A DNA stretch of 64,000 bases from Spartobacteria bacterium. Its GTDB lineage: Bacteria; Verrucomicrobiota; Verrucomicrobiia; Chthoniobacterales; DASVRZ01. Position numbers and translations under genes: made by a program. Positions 26,671-36,474 of the stretch are shown here, one piece after another (within the stretch, counting starts at the first letter, position 1; each line of letters opens with the position of its first letter). Location of the stretch: the NCBI GenBank assembly GCA_043758065.1, contig JAYVOE010000025.1:6158-70157 (forward strand), in the 5' to 3' direction. Below the pieces are notes generated by a model, which saw only the letters and a list, made by a program, of their open reading frames with translations, made no database searches and had not been told where the DNA came from.

Positions 26671-28077
26671 ATGCTGAACCAACGTATTCTCGGACTCCAC
26701 AAGCTCGTCGTGGTGTGCCAGATCGGGATCGCACTTCTCCTGTTCGCCGCGCTTTACCTGGTCATTGTGGTGGATTTTGCCGCGGGACAGTGGTTCGGGT
26801 TACAGCGCTATGCGATCTACGCGTTTCTGGTCGGATTAGGGCTGTTTGTGGAAGGATCGCAAGAGGCGAAATCCAGCGAGCACTTGCTCGATATCGGAGT
26901 TTCAAATCGGTTTAACCGCACACTGCGGCAAACTCTATACATCACGGCGGCGATTACGTTTTTCCTCTTCCTGACGAAGGATCTAACCATCTCCCGTCCC
27001 TTTTTAGTGGCGTATATTTCGTCGATATTTTTAGTGCTCTACTACAGCCATCGCGTGCTTCCCGCGCTCATCTCGCAGCATGCGTTCCAAAGTCGGAAAC
27101 GGGATCGCGCGATCCTAATCGGCCCAGTCCAGAATGCGGTGAAATTGAAAAATTGGCTGAGCAAACAAAGCCAGCTCGGCTATGAAACGGTGGGCGTGAT
27201 TACGGAGGAAAGCGACGAGGCGCGGCGGCAGGGTTTTCAGGTCCTTGGCACGATCGACCAGACGGAATCTTTGCTTCAAACACACCAGGCCAGCCTCGTC
27301 ATATTAACCGAACTCCCCTTCTTTTCGCAGTTCAACCGTCACCTCATCGGGCTCTGCGAAAGCCTCGGTGTGCGGTTGCTCATTTATAGCGATATCCAGG
27401 ATAAACTCGGCTATCCGCTGCAATATTTCGCGGACGGCGACCATCGGTTTTTTACCCTGCGCGAAGAGCCGCTGGAAAATGTCATCAACGCTTACCTTAA
27501 GCGGGGATTGGACATCGCGATCTCGCTGCCGGTCTGCGTTTTCATTCTTCCGTTCACCAGCTTGTTGGTCGCGATATTTCATCGCCTGCAAGCGCCCGGG
27601 CCTTTGCTTTATCGACAACAACGGGCCGGGATGCAAAACCGCACATTCGTCATCAAAAAATATCGCACGATGTATGTGCACAACCAGTCGGAGGCGAAAC
27701 AAGCTACCATGGGTGACTCGCGAATTTTCCCCTTGGGCGCCATTTTACGGAAGCTCAGCATCGACGAATTGCCTCAGTTTCTGAACGTGCTCAGCGGCGA
27801 GATGAGCATCGTCGGCCCGCGTCCGCATTTGATCGAACACAACCAGCAGTTCTCCAAATTTCTTCGTAATTATCACATACGAACCTTAGTCAAACCTGGA
27901 ATTACGGGTCTCGCACAGGTGCGCGGCTTCCGAGGCGAAGCGAAGGAGGAACGCGACATCGAGCAACGCGTCGCTGCCGACATCGAGTATCTCGAAAATT
28001 GGAGACTCAGCCTGGAGATCACAATCATCTGGGGCACCTTCCTCCAGGTTTTCCGTCCGCCGAAAACGGCCTACTAA
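26671..28077 (+). CDS. polyprenyl-phosphate glycosyl-1-phosphate transferase (WbaP / EPS priming 'bacterial sugar transferase')
   Basis: It has N-terminal TM helices and a C-terminal sugar-transferase domain (RPLLYRQQRAG...DELPQFLNVL...GPRP...KPGITGLAQV). Confidence 0.85.
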   Translation: MLNQRILGLHKLVVVCQIGIALLLFAALYLVIVVDFAAGQWFGLQRYAIYAFLVGLGLFVEGSQEAKSSEHLLDIGVSNRFNRTLRQTLYITAAITFFLFLTKDLTISRPFLVAYISSIFLVLYYSHRVLPALISQHAFQSRKRDRAILIGPVQNAVKLKNWLSKQSQLGYETVGVITEESDEARRQGFQVLGTIDQTESLLQTHQASLVILTELPFFSQFNRHLIGLCESLGVRLLIYSDIQDKLGYPLQYFADGDHRFFTLREEPLENVINAYLKRGLDIAISLPVCVFILPFTSLLVAIFHRLQAPGPLLYRQQRAGMQNRTFVIKKYRTMYVHNQSEAKQATMGDSRIFPLGAILRKLSIDELPQFLNVLSGEMSIVGPRPHLIEHNQQFSKFLRNYHIRTLVKPGITGLAQVRGFRGEAKEERDIEQRVAADIEYLENWRLSLEITIIWGTFLQVFRPPKTAY

Positions 28078-28137
28078 CCATTTGAGTTACAGACGTATCA
28101 AGCTGCTCCCATTAAATTCCTTTCTCTCGCTGGCTAA

Positions 28138-29403
28138 ATGAAAAATCTCGATCTTGCCGTGCAATTCTTTTTGCAGTTGGGTTGCATCCTACTCTTCTGC
28201 CGGCTCGTCGGTGCCATTGCCGCGCGTTTCGGCCAGCCTCAGGTCGTGGCGGAAATGATCGCCGGTGTGCTCCTCGGGCCGTCGCTTTTTGGATGGCTGG
28301 CGCCCGCCTGGCAGCACGCCCTATTCCCATGGGACTCGACTCAAAAACTCCGCGACACCCAGAGCTATCTCTTCCCCGCTTCGCAACTCGGCCTCGCCCT
28401 CTACATGTTCGTCGTCGGCATGGAATTTCGCATCGATATCGTCCAGAAAAAACTGCGCAGCGCCATCGCCGTCTCCGTCGCCGGGATGCTCGCGCCGTTT
28501 CTTCTTGGCGCCGGTCTCGGCTACGTGTTTTTCCACTACACCAAACTATTTCCGGCGAAAACTTCCCTGGTCGAAGCGATGCTTTTTCTCGGCGCTTCGA
28601 TGTGCATCACCGCGTTCCCGATGCTGGCGCGGATCATTCATTTCAAGAAACTTTCCGGCACCACGATGGGCACCGTCGCCCTCGGTGCGGGGGCGATTGA
28701 CGACGCCGTGGCTTGGTGTTTGCTCGCGGTCGTTCTGGCCAGCTTCGACAGTAACTGGACGCACGCCTGGGTAAACATCGGCGGCGGCGCAGCCTACGTC
28801 GTCATCACTCTGGCGGTCGTCCGTCCGCTTCTAACTCGCATGGAAAAATGGTTCGTCAGCGACGAAAGTCTCAACGACGCGGGCCTCGTCGTCGGCCTGG
28901 CGCTGATGGCGTTTGGCGCATTCATCACCGACAAAATCGGCCTCCACGCCGTCTTCGGCGCGTTCGTCATGGGTGCCGCAATGCCTCGTAAAATCATGGC
29001 CCGCGACCTCATCGCGCGCATCCAACCACTGACCGTCGCACTCTTGCTGCCACTCTTTTTCACCTACTCGGGCTTGAACACCAAGATCACTCTGCTTAAC
29101 ACCAGCTTCCTCTGGATGATGTGCGCCCTCGTTCTTGTTGCCGCCATTTTGGGAAAAGGCATCGCCTGCTGGCTCGCCGCACGCGCCACTGGGCTCCCGA
29201 ACCGCGAAGCCCTCGGCATCGGCGTCCTCATGAACGCCCGCGGCCTCATGGAACTCATCATTATCAACATCGGCCTGCAACGCGGCATCATTTCCGAAGG
29301 GCTCTTCGCCACGCTCGTCATCATGGCCGTCATCACCACCCTCATGGCTTCGCCGATCTTCGAACGTCTGGTCGGATCAGAAAAAATGCCCGCGACAGTT
29401 TAA
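28138..29403 (+). CDS. cation:proton antiporter (CPA2 / Na+/H+ exchanger family)
   Basis: A 421-aa multi-TM protein with the typical N-terminus FFLQLGCILLFCRLVG...GQPQVVAEMIAGVLLGPS. Confidence 0.8.
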   Translation: MKNLDLAVQFFLQLGCILLFCRLVGAIAARFGQPQVVAEMIAGVLLGPSLFGWLAPAWQHALFPWDSTQKLRDTQSYLFPASQLGLALYMFVVGMEFRIDIVQKKLRSAIAVSVAGMLAPFLLGAGLGYVFFHYTKLFPAKTSLVEAMLFLGASMCITAFPMLARIIHFKKLSGTTMGTVALGAGAIDDAVAWCLLAVVLASFDSNWTHAWVNIGGGAAYVVITLAVVRPLLTRMEKWFVSDESLNDAGLVVGLALMAFGAFITDKIGLHAVFGAFVMGAAMPRKIMARDLIARIQPLTVALLLPLFFTYSGLNTKITLLNTSFLWMMCALVLVAAILGKGIACWLAARATGLPNREALGIGVLMNARGLMELIIINIGLQRGIISEGLFATLVIMAVITTLMASPIFERLVGSEKMPATV

Positions 29404-30260
29404 TCGCGCAGGGCTTCCAGCGTTTTCAACGTCGCCCAGGCAGCGGCGACATGATGCACGCGAAAGATCGTCGCGCCGCGTTGCGCGCCCGCCACAATGC
29501 AGGCCACCGTGCCCGCATCCCGGTCGGCTGGCGGCACGCCGAGAACGTCGCCGATCACCGTTTTTCGCGACACCGGCAGCAGCGTGGCGAAACCAAGATC
29601 CGCAATCTGCTGAAACTCGCGATAGATTTTCAAATTGTCCTCGCGCTGTTTCGCAAAGTCGATTCCCGGATCGAGAATGATCTGTGCCTTCGACAAACCC
29701 GTCGCCAGCGCACCCGCGATTTTGTCCCGGAAAAAACTCAGTTGAGTTCCAACGATATCGTCGTAACCCACGTGCGTGTGGGCCACTTTCGGCTCGCCGA
29801 CGGAATGCATAATCACGAGCGCCGCCCCGTGAATTCCGGCGATCTCAGCATTTTCCCAAGTCGGCAGCGCACCCATGTCGTTGAGAATGTCGCCGCCGAT
29901 TAGAAGTAATTCGCGCGCCACATGTGGACGCCAGGTGTTGATCGAAAGGAGCGGTGGAAAAAGCTGAACGTCGTCGCGCGGCTGTGATTCCGCTGCAACT
30001 CGACTGAACTTTTCCACGACCGGTGCAACCCGCGAAATTTCTTCCGCCACCGCGATCGCGCTGCGATTCGTCCGCGCGCTTTCACCGCCGAGATCGATGA
30101 TGTCCGCGCCGTCGGCGATCATTTTTTTCATCCGAGTTAGAGCCAATTCAGCGTTGAGCGTTCCATCGCCGGAGAACGAATCGTCGTTCAAATTCAAGAT
30201 GCCCATGATGAGCGGACGCCTCGGAAAAAGGACCGTCCGTCCCCGGGCCACGAGCTTCAT
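29400..30260 (-). CDS. folP: dihydropteroate synthase
   Basis: It has the pterin-binding-domain motifs MGILNLNDDSFSGDG, DIGGESARTN and DPGIDFAK. Confidence 0.9.
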   Translation of the reverse strand: MKLVARGRTVLFPRRPLIMGILNLNDDSFSGDGTLNAELALTRMKKMIADGADIIDLGGESARTNRSAIAVAEEISRVAPVVEKFSRVAAESQPRDDVQLFPPLLSINTWRPHVARELLLIGGDILNDMGALPTWENAEIAGIHGAALVIMHSVGEPKVAHTHVGYDDIVGTQLSFFRDKIAGALATGLSKAQIILDPGIDFAKQREDNLKIYREFQQIADLGFATLLPVSRKTVIGDVLGVPPADRDAGTVACIVAGAQRGATIFRVHHVAAAWATLKTLEALRD

Positions 30261-31093
30261 GAAAGTGGCACGCTCCGTTTTTCGCGCCGCGCAAACTGCA
30301 CCGTCGATGTGTAACCCACCTCGCGAATGAGCTTTTCCGCGACAGGGAAATCCGCCCCGACTTCCTCCGGCGAATGTGCGTCGGAACTGACGACAATTTC
30401 CACTCCAGCGGCGAAGGCCATCTCGATCATCTCGCGCGCTGGATACATTTCCGCGACCGGTTTGCGCAGGCCGGCGGTGCTCACTTCCATTACCGTTCCC
30501 GTCTCTGCGAGCGCAGCAATCACCGGCTCATAAAACCGCCGCAGATCGCCGGCCGGACGATGTCCAAACTTTTTCGGTAAGTCCGGATGCGCCACAAAAT
30601 CAAAGAGCCGACTCCGAATGCAACGCTCGTATTCCGCGAAATAAAGCCCCCAGATTTCCTCGACCGGGCGCTCGTCAAAACGCCCGATCCATTTCGGATT
30701 ATCGACGTCCCAACCCTCGGCAATGTAATGGACCGACCCGATTAAAAAATCCCACGGCGCACGGTCAGCCAGCGTCCCGATCCAGCTTTCCTGACCGCGA
30801 ATATAGTCCACTTCCAATCCCAACCGGACCGGAAACGGTGCGACTGCGGCACGCGCTTCGGCTACCAGCGCGAAATATTCGTCCAAATCCGCAGCCGCCA
30901 TCCGCCAATCATCAAACGACTCCGCCATCGGAGAATGATCCGAGATTCCCACCTCGGCCAGTCCCATGGCCATCGCGGCCAGCGCATACTCGACCGGGGC
31001 TCCCGTGGCGTGCCCGCAGAGCGGCGTATGGGTGTGGTAATCGGCCAGCATCCCGCCTCCATAGCTGGGAAAACGGGCGCGCTCAAGTTGCAT
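30257..31093 (-). CDS. PHP-family histidinol-phosphatase-like protein
   Basis: DYHTHTPLCGHA..., GISDHSP and SSDAH are PHP metal ligands. It has an ATGA overlap with folP. Confidence 0.8.
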   Translation of the reverse strand: MQLERARFPSYGGGMLADYHTHTPLCGHATGAPVEYALAAMAMGLAEVGISDHSPMAESFDDWRMAAADLDEYFALVAEARAAVAPFPVRLGLEVDYIRGQESWIGTLADRAPWDFLIGSVHYIAEGWDVDNPKWIGRFDERPVEEIWGLYFAEYERCIRSRLFDFVAHPDLPKKFGHRPAGDLRRFYEPVIAALAETGTVMEVSTAGLRKPVAEMYPAREMIEMAFAAGVEIVVSSDAHSPEEVGADFPVAEKLIREVGYTSTVQFARREKRSVPLS

Positions 31094-31149
31094 TCGAGTT
31101 CCAGTGTAATGCGTTTGACGACGCGCGATGTTAGGAGCATTGGTGCGGG

Positions 31150-31851
31150 GTGATTTCCACTCCTCGCTTTCTGGCCTGTGTTTTTCTCGGGCTTATGGCC
31201 TGGGGAAGCGGCGTCGGCGCAGAGTCCAATGAAACTCCGATGGCTTTTGCGAAGTTTGACGATTGGTGGACGCAATACGGCAACGTCGCCGCCGCGGAAC
31301 GCCCGGGCCTGGTCGAAAAAGGGATCGCGCTCGCCAAAAACCGCCGCGATGCCATGGTCGAGTTGATCGAAGAAAACCCGGCGCATGCCATCGAAAAAGC
31401 GTTTGCCGAGGAATACCACAATGCGTTGCCTGCTGTAGTCGCGCCGCTCGTGGAAAAACACGTGCGCGGCCTGGCGAAACTGACGGTCACCAAGGGAAAA
31501 CACGGTGTCGCCGAGCGTAACGTGACCATGGAAAAAGAGAGCTGGAAGGCGTTTTTCTACGGAGTCAGATTGGACTTGAACTCGCGTGGAGAAATTCCCA
31601 TTCACGGCGTCGTGCTCGACGGACGCGTCGCGGTCGACGGCAGTCCGCTGGAGCGTTTTCCAAAACGGGAAAGTCTGCTCAACGTCCTGCGTCAGGGCGA
31701 AGGCAAAAAATCGTGCCCGATCTGCGGTGAGCCCGGGGTGATTCCAGCGGCCGTCGGCGATGTGCTGCTGTGGTTCGACACGGAGGAGCACCTCGTCGTT
31801 TGCGAGAAAGCGTTGGTCGAAAAAGAAGCGTCGCCCGAGGACGCAGAATAG
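31150..31851 (+). CDS. hypothetical secreted protein (233 aa)
   Basis: GTG start with a signal-peptide-like N-terminus (ISTPRFLACVFLGLMAWGSGVGA). I recognise no family. Confidence 0.5.
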   Translation: MISTPRFLACVFLGLMAWGSGVGAESNETPMAFAKFDDWWTQYGNVAAAERPGLVEKGIALAKNRRDAMVELIEENPAHAIEKAFAEEYHNALPAVVAPLVEKHVRGLAKLTVTKGKHGVAERNVTMEKESWKAFFYGVRLDLNSRGEIPIHGVVLDGRVAVDGSPLERFPKRESLLNVLRQGEGKKSCPICGEPGVIPAAVGDVLLWFDTEEHLVVCEKALVEKEASPEDAE

Positions 31852-31903
31852 ACTGCAACTCCGTTCACTTCTACCTGAGCGTTTGGTGCCCGCCCATATC
31901 GTT

Positions 31904-31923
31904 CTAACTCGCCTGTAAAATTT
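31904..31923 (+). repeat. interspersed motif copy CTAACTCGCCTGTAAAATTT (its CTA is the complement of the mnmA TAG stop)
   Basis: Read directly. Confidence 0.8.
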
Positions 31924-33016
31924 CCGGCGCGATGGCCGCCGGTTGCCGACAAATCCAGCCCCCGCCCACGCAGACGTCGCCTTGGTAAAACACCGCCGCT
32001 TGTCCCGGTGTGACGGCTTTTTGTGGCTCGTGCAGAACGACGCGCGCCGTGCCATTGCCGTTCGGATAAATCGTCGCATCGGCCCCGGCGTGCGCGTAAC
32101 GGATTTTCACGTTCACCTCAATCGGTTCGGTGATTTCGCCCAAGCTCACCCAGTTGACGCGATCCAACTCAAACTCCGATGAAACCAAGTCCTCGGCCTC
32201 GCCGACGATCACGCTGCTGGTCTCCGGATCGATATCGATCACGTAAATCGGCCGCGGCGATCCTCCGGGAAGTCCCTTGCGCTGGCCAATGGTAAACATC
32301 TCGATGCCCTCGTGCTGGGCGATGAAATTTCCAGCCTTGTCGTAGATGCCGCCACGGTGAAATTCCTTCTCGCCGAGGTGGCCGCGCAGGAAGGCTTTGT
32401 AATCATTCCCCGGCACGAAACAAATCTCCTGGCTGTCCACTTTATCGGCCACGCGCAAACCGAGTTGGCGGGCAATCGCGCGAATCTCCGGCTTCGACAT
32501 GCCGCCGAGCGGCGTGAGCGCGTGAGAAAGTTGGTCCTGATTCAGGCTGAAAAGAAAATACGACTGATCCTTCTTAGGATCGACCCCTTTGCGCAAAACT
32601 GCGCGGTCGGCGTTGTGCTCGATGATCGTGTAATGGCCCGTCGCAATGTAGTCGCAGCCAAGCGCCTTCGCCTTCGTCCAGAGATTGCCGAATTTCAGCT
32701 TTTCGTTGCACATCACACACGGATTCGGAGTGCGACCCGCTTGGTACTCGCTTGAAAAGTATTCGATCACGAGCTGCTCAAACTGGTTCGATTCATCGAC
32801 CACGTAATGTGGAATCCCCAGCGCGTGCGCCACGCCGCGAGCGTCTGCAATCGCCGACGGGCCGCAGCATTTATCCTCGGCGCGCGACATGCAGTCTTGC
32901 GGCCAGACTTTCATCGTGACGCCGACGACATCGTAGCCCTGTTCCTTCAGCAAATGGCCGCAGACGGAGCTATCAACTCCGCCGCTCATCCCTAATAGAA
33001 CGCGCTTTTTTTCCAT
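31904..33016 (-). CDS. mnmA: tRNA 2-thiouridine(34) synthase
   Basis: MEKKRVLLGMSGGVDSSV (PP-loop) from ATG 33016. Conserved catalytic-Cys blocks are present. Confidence 0.9.
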   Translation of the reverse strand: MEKKRVLLGMSGGVDSSVCGHLLKEQGYDVVGVTMKVWPQDCMSRAEDKCCGPSAIADARGVAHALGIPHYVVDESNQFEQLVIEYFSSEYQAGRTPNPCVMCNEKLKFGNLWTKAKALGCDYIATGHYTIIEHNADRAVLRKGVDPKKDQSYFLFSLNQDQLSHALTPLGGMSKPEIRAIARQLGLRVADKVDSQEICFVPGNDYKAFLRGHLGEKEFHRGGIYDKAGNFIAQHEGIEMFTIGQRKGLPGGSPRPIYVIDIDPETSSVIVGEAEDLVSSEFELDRVNWVSLGEITEPIEVNVKIRYAHAGADATIYPNGNGTARVVLHEPQKAVTPGQAAVFYQGDVCVGGGWICRQPAAIAPEILQAS

Positions 33017-33068
33017 AACGAACCGCGAGATTACCACGAAAAGTGACCGGAGTCACATCCGACTCTGG

Positions 33069-33605
33069 CTATTGCGGCGCGAGATATTTCCGAACCGCCG
33101 CCGCACTCGGACTGTTCGGAAACGAGTGCAAAAACTGGCGCGCCACTTCATCGGCCTTCGCGGGATTTTTCAGCGTTTCGCTGTAAAGACTGGCCTGGTT
33201 ATACAGGCTGTGTTCATGTTTCGGATCCTGTTTTTGCGCAAGCTGATACTGCTCCAGCGCGGCTTCCGGCCGATTGGAAAAGCGGTAGCAATTTCCCAAA
33301 TCGGTCCGCACATCGGGATTATCGAAGCCAGCAGTCAGCGCCTTTTCGTAGCCCTGAATCGCCTCGCTCCAGCGCTGATGATCGTAATACCAGTTCGCCG
33401 ATTCGACGATGCCCGTCGGCGGTTTGGCCTCGGGGCCAGCGAGCGGAGCCGGTTGCGCAACAACTGTCGCCGGAGAAAACACCGCAGGCTCGGCGCTTCT
33501 TTGCCCGCTGAGAAGCCAGACCACGATTCCGCCGGTCAACGCCGATGAAAAAACCGCCACGCTGAGACTCGCGAGAATGAGTTTTTTCGGCGTCCAGGCG
33601 TCCAT
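33069..33605 (-). CDS. membrane-anchored TPR-repeat protein
   Basis: It has an N-terminal TM helix followed by TPR-like repeats (WSEAIQGYEKAL..., EAALEQYQLAQKQDP...). Confidence 0.6.
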   Translation of the reverse strand: MDAWTPKKLILASLSVAVFSSALTGGIVVWLLSGQRSAEPAVFSPATVVAQPAPLAGPEAKPPTGIVESANWYYDHQRWSEAIQGYEKALTAGFDNPDVRTDLGNCYRFSNRPEAALEQYQLAQKQDPKHEHSLYNQASLYSETLKNPAKADEVARQFLHSFPNSPSAAAVRKYLAPQ

Positions 33606-33608
33606 CGT

Positions 33609-33794
33609 TTAGCGCCGGGATTTCGCTGCCCGATAAACCAGCACCGCACCGATCACGCTGACCGCAGCGAGCAGCAGCAGACTCGAAATATCCATCGGAG
33701 TTCCATCGATATGGAGGTGGCCGGGAAAACCGGGATGCGCCTGCGCCAGCGCCGGGGTGAGCAGAATCGCGAGGAAGATGGACTTCGTGTGCAT
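33609..33794 (-). CDS. 61-aa mini-protein: signal peptide, His-rich stretch, C-terminal TM and basic tail
   Basis: MHTKSIFLAILLTPALAQA | HPGFPGHLHIDGTPMD | ISSLLLLAAVSVIGAVLVY | RAAKSRR. It lies 3 nt upstream of the TPR gene. Confidence 0.45.
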   Translation of the reverse strand: MHTKSIFLAILLTPALAQAHPGFPGHLHIDGTPMDISSLLLLAAVSVIGAVLVYRAAKSRR

Positions 33795-33894
33795 GGGCGT
33801 TTCCTAGTTTCCATTCGAGTTGCAGTCAAGTCTAGGAACGCGGCGCGGCAAATGAGGAGTTGATCTTCGCGACGCGCTCCGCAAAGGATACGCC

Positions 33895-34401
33895 ATGCAA
33901 ACTGTTGGCATCGGATATGACGTGCACCGGCTGGTCGAGGGTCGGCGGTTGATCCTCGGAGGCGTGGAAATTCCCTACGCGCTCGGGCTCGACGGCCACT
34001 CCGATGCAGACGTGCTCTGCCACGCCATCGCCGACGCCATCTTGGGAGCCGCTGGAATGCGCGACATTGGACATCATTTTCCTAACACCGATGAATCGAT
34101 CCGCGGGATCAGCAGCCTGGAAATTCTCAGTCGAGTTCAAGTGTTATTAACGACGCAACACCGACGCATTATTAACATCGACGCCACATTGATCGCCGAG
34201 GCGCCAAAGATCGCGCCGCATCTCGACGCCATGCAAGCCGCCATCTCGCGCGTGTTGCATTTGCCAAAAGAACGCATCGGAATCAAGGCGACTACCAACG
34301 AAATGCTCGGCTTCCTCGGGCGCAAAGAAGGCATCGCTGCGATGGCCGTTGCCAGCGTGGAAACCGTGCCCGAAAAACCCGAGCCCGTGGCGATCGCCTA
34401 A
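33895..34401 (+). CDS. ispF: 2-C-methyl-D-erythritol 2,4-cyclodiphosphate synthase
   Basis: It has GIGYDVHRL, HSDADVLCHA and ATTNE motifs. Confidence 0.9.
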   Translation: MQTVGIGYDVHRLVEGRRLILGGVEIPYALGLDGHSDADVLCHAIADAILGAAGMRDIGHHFPNTDESIRGISSLEILSRVQVLLTTQHRRIINIDATLIAEAPKIAPHLDAMQAAISRVLHLPKERIGIKATTNEMLGFLGRKEGIAAMAVASVETVPEKPEPVAIA

Positions 34402-34402
34402 G

Positions 34403-35797
34403 ATGTCGATCCAGTTCACGAACACGCTCTCCCGTTCGCTGGAGACTTTCGCGCCGCTCGATCCGGCAGGAAAAATCGTGCGCATCTACACTTGCGGCCC
34501 CACGGTTTATTCCTACGCGCACATCGGAAATTGCCGCGCCTACGTTTTCGAAGACCTTCTCCAGCGCCACTTGGAAAACCGCGGTTACGAAGTTCTCCGC
34601 GTCCTGAACATGACCGATGTGGACGACAAAACTATTCGTAACTCGCGAGCCGCCGGCGTGCCGTTGGCGGATTTCACCGCTGTCTACAAACAAGCTTTCC
34701 TCGATGATCTCGCAACGCTGAACATTGCGCCCGCGACTTACAATCCCTCTGCCACCGAGCCGCAATACATCGCGAAAATGATCGAGATGATCGGTGACCT
34801 TCTAGCTAAAGGCATCGCCTATCAAGCAGATGATCGCTCGATCTATTTTCGACTCTCGAAGTTTCCTAACTATGGAAAACTAGCGCACCTGAATCTGGAA
34901 GAACTGCGTCCCACCGGTCGCATCCAAAACGACGAATACGAAAAAGAAAGCATCGGCGATTTTGCTCTCTGGAAAGCGTGGGACGCCGAAGATGGCGATG
35001 TGAAATGGGAGAGTCCATGGGGCCCCGGTCGTCCCGGCTGGCATATCGAATGCAGCGCGATGGCGATCGCATTGTTAGGACCCGAGTTAGATATCCATTG
35101 CGGCGGAGTGGATAATATTTTTCCCCATCACGAAGCGGAGATCGCGCAGAGCGAATGCTGCACCGGAAAGACGTTTTCCAAATACTGGATGCATTGCACG
35201 CACCTGATGGTCGACGGCCAAAAGATGTCTAAGTCCGCTGGAAATTTCTACACGTTGCGCGACTTGCTAGCTAAAAACTGGACAGGTCGCGAAGTGAGAT
35301 ATGCGCTGCTCAGCGTAAACTATCTCCTGCCGCTGAACTTCACCATGGACGGCCTCGAAGCCGCGCGCAGAACGTTGCATCGGATCGACAATTGGGTGCG
35401 TCGAGTCGAGGACCTAGCTACCGCTCCAGCCGATGACACGACGTGGAAATTTTCATCGGAGTTCCATGCGAGTCTGGATCATGACCTCAACATTTCCGCC
35501 GCGCTCGGACATCTCTTTTTGCTGATCAACGAGACGAACGCACAGATGGACGCGGGACAGCTAGCACCCGCGGCGGCCGCCAGTTTATTGCAAAGCTGGG
35601 AATCGATGAATCGAGTTCTAGCTATTACGAAACCAAGCAACGAACTGCCAGCGGAAGTCGAGCAACTGTTAGCAGATAGGACTGTAGCTCGACTGAAAAA
35701 AAACTGGGCGGAAAGTGATCGTTTGCGCGATCTCATTTTGGCGAAAGGCTGGATCGTCAAAGATTCGAAGGAAGGAACGAAGGTGATCCAATCGTGA
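34403..35797 (+). CDS. cysS: cysteine--tRNA ligase
   Basis: MSIQFTNTLSR... from ATG 34403. It has the HIGH-type motif CGPTVYSYAHIGN and the KMSKS motif KMSKSAGNF. Confidence 0.9.
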   Translation: MSIQFTNTLSRSLETFAPLDPAGKIVRIYTCGPTVYSYAHIGNCRAYVFEDLLQRHLENRGYEVLRVLNMTDVDDKTIRNSRAAGVPLADFTAVYKQAFLDDLATLNIAPATYNPSATEPQYIAKMIEMIGDLLAKGIAYQADDRSIYFRLSKFPNYGKLAHLNLEELRPTGRIQNDEYEKESIGDFALWKAWDAEDGDVKWESPWGPGRPGWHIECSAMAIALLGPELDIHCGGVDNIFPHHEAEIAQSECCTGKTFSKYWMHCTHLMVDGQKMSKSAGNFYTLRDLLAKNWTGREVRYALLSVNYLLPLNFTMDGLEAARRTLHRIDNWVRRVEDLATAPADDTTWKFSSEFHASLDHDLNISAALGHLFLLINETNAQMDAGQLAPAAAASLLQSWESMNRVLAITKPSNELPAEVEQLLADRTVARLKKNWAESDRLRDLILAKGWIVKDSKEGTKVIQS

Positions 35798-36474
35798 ACT
35801 TGCGGCCCGAGGAATTTCTAGATTTCACCCAGACGAAACACGCGGATCTTTTCGCGGGATTGGAGTTTGCTTGGATGGCGCTACCATTGATTGCCTCGTA
35901 TCTAAGCGAAAATCTTCAGCCGCTCAACGAAGGTGAATCGATTGGAACTCCGTTCATTTCCGCTGACGTTCGGATTGGAAAAGGAACGGTCATCGGCCAT
36001 GGCGCGACCATATTTGGTCCAGCGTGGATCGGGGAAAACTGCGAGATTCGTCCAGGCTGTTATATTCGTGGCAACGTCATCGTCGGCGACAACGTGGTGT
36101 TAGGAAACTCATGCGAGTTTAAGAACTGTGTGATTTTCAACGACGCACAGATCCCGCATTTTTCCTATGTCGGAGATTCCATTCTCGGCTACAAGGCGCA
36201 TCTTGCTGCGGGCGTGATTCTTTCTAACATGAAGCTTGATCAAACGCCGGTCACGGTTTCTGCCGGAGCTGATATCATTGCAACTCAACTGAAAAAGTTT
36301 GGCGCTATCGTTGGCGATCACTCCGAGATTGGCTGCAATGCGGTGCTTAGTCCTGGCTCCATCATTGGCCGGCGCAGCCTGATCTATCCCGGCACTCAAT
36401 GGCGCGGAGTGTTAGCAGCCAACTCGATCGCACGTTTGCGCCAGCAGATCGACGTGATCGAGCGTCGCGACTAG
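35794..36474 (+). CDS. left-handed beta-helix (hexapeptide-repeat) transferase-like protein
   Basis: It has repeated [LIV]G-x4 hexapeptides (IGKGTVIGHGATI, VGDNVVLGNSCEF, ...). The GTG start overlaps the cysS stop (GTGA). Confidence 0.65.
   Translation: MNLRPEEFLDFTQTKHADLFAGLEFAWMALPLIASYLSENLQPLNEGESIGTPFISADVRIGKGTVIGHGATIFGPAWIGENCEIRPGCYIRGNVIVGDNVVLGNSCEFKNCVIFNDAQIPHFSYVGDSILGYKAHLAAGVILSNMKLDQTPVTVSAGADIIATQLKKFGAIVGDHSEIGCNAVLSPGSIIGRRSLIYPGTQWRGVLAANSIARLRQQIDVIERRD

Noticed and set aside
30862-32079. 405-aa ORF on the minus strand, among the longer ORFs in the track
   Set aside because: It is Arg-rich and low-complexity. It runs antisense across the credible 233-aa secreted-protein gene and out of frame through the PHP-phosphatase and mnmA ends. 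It is a typical high-GC shadow ORF.
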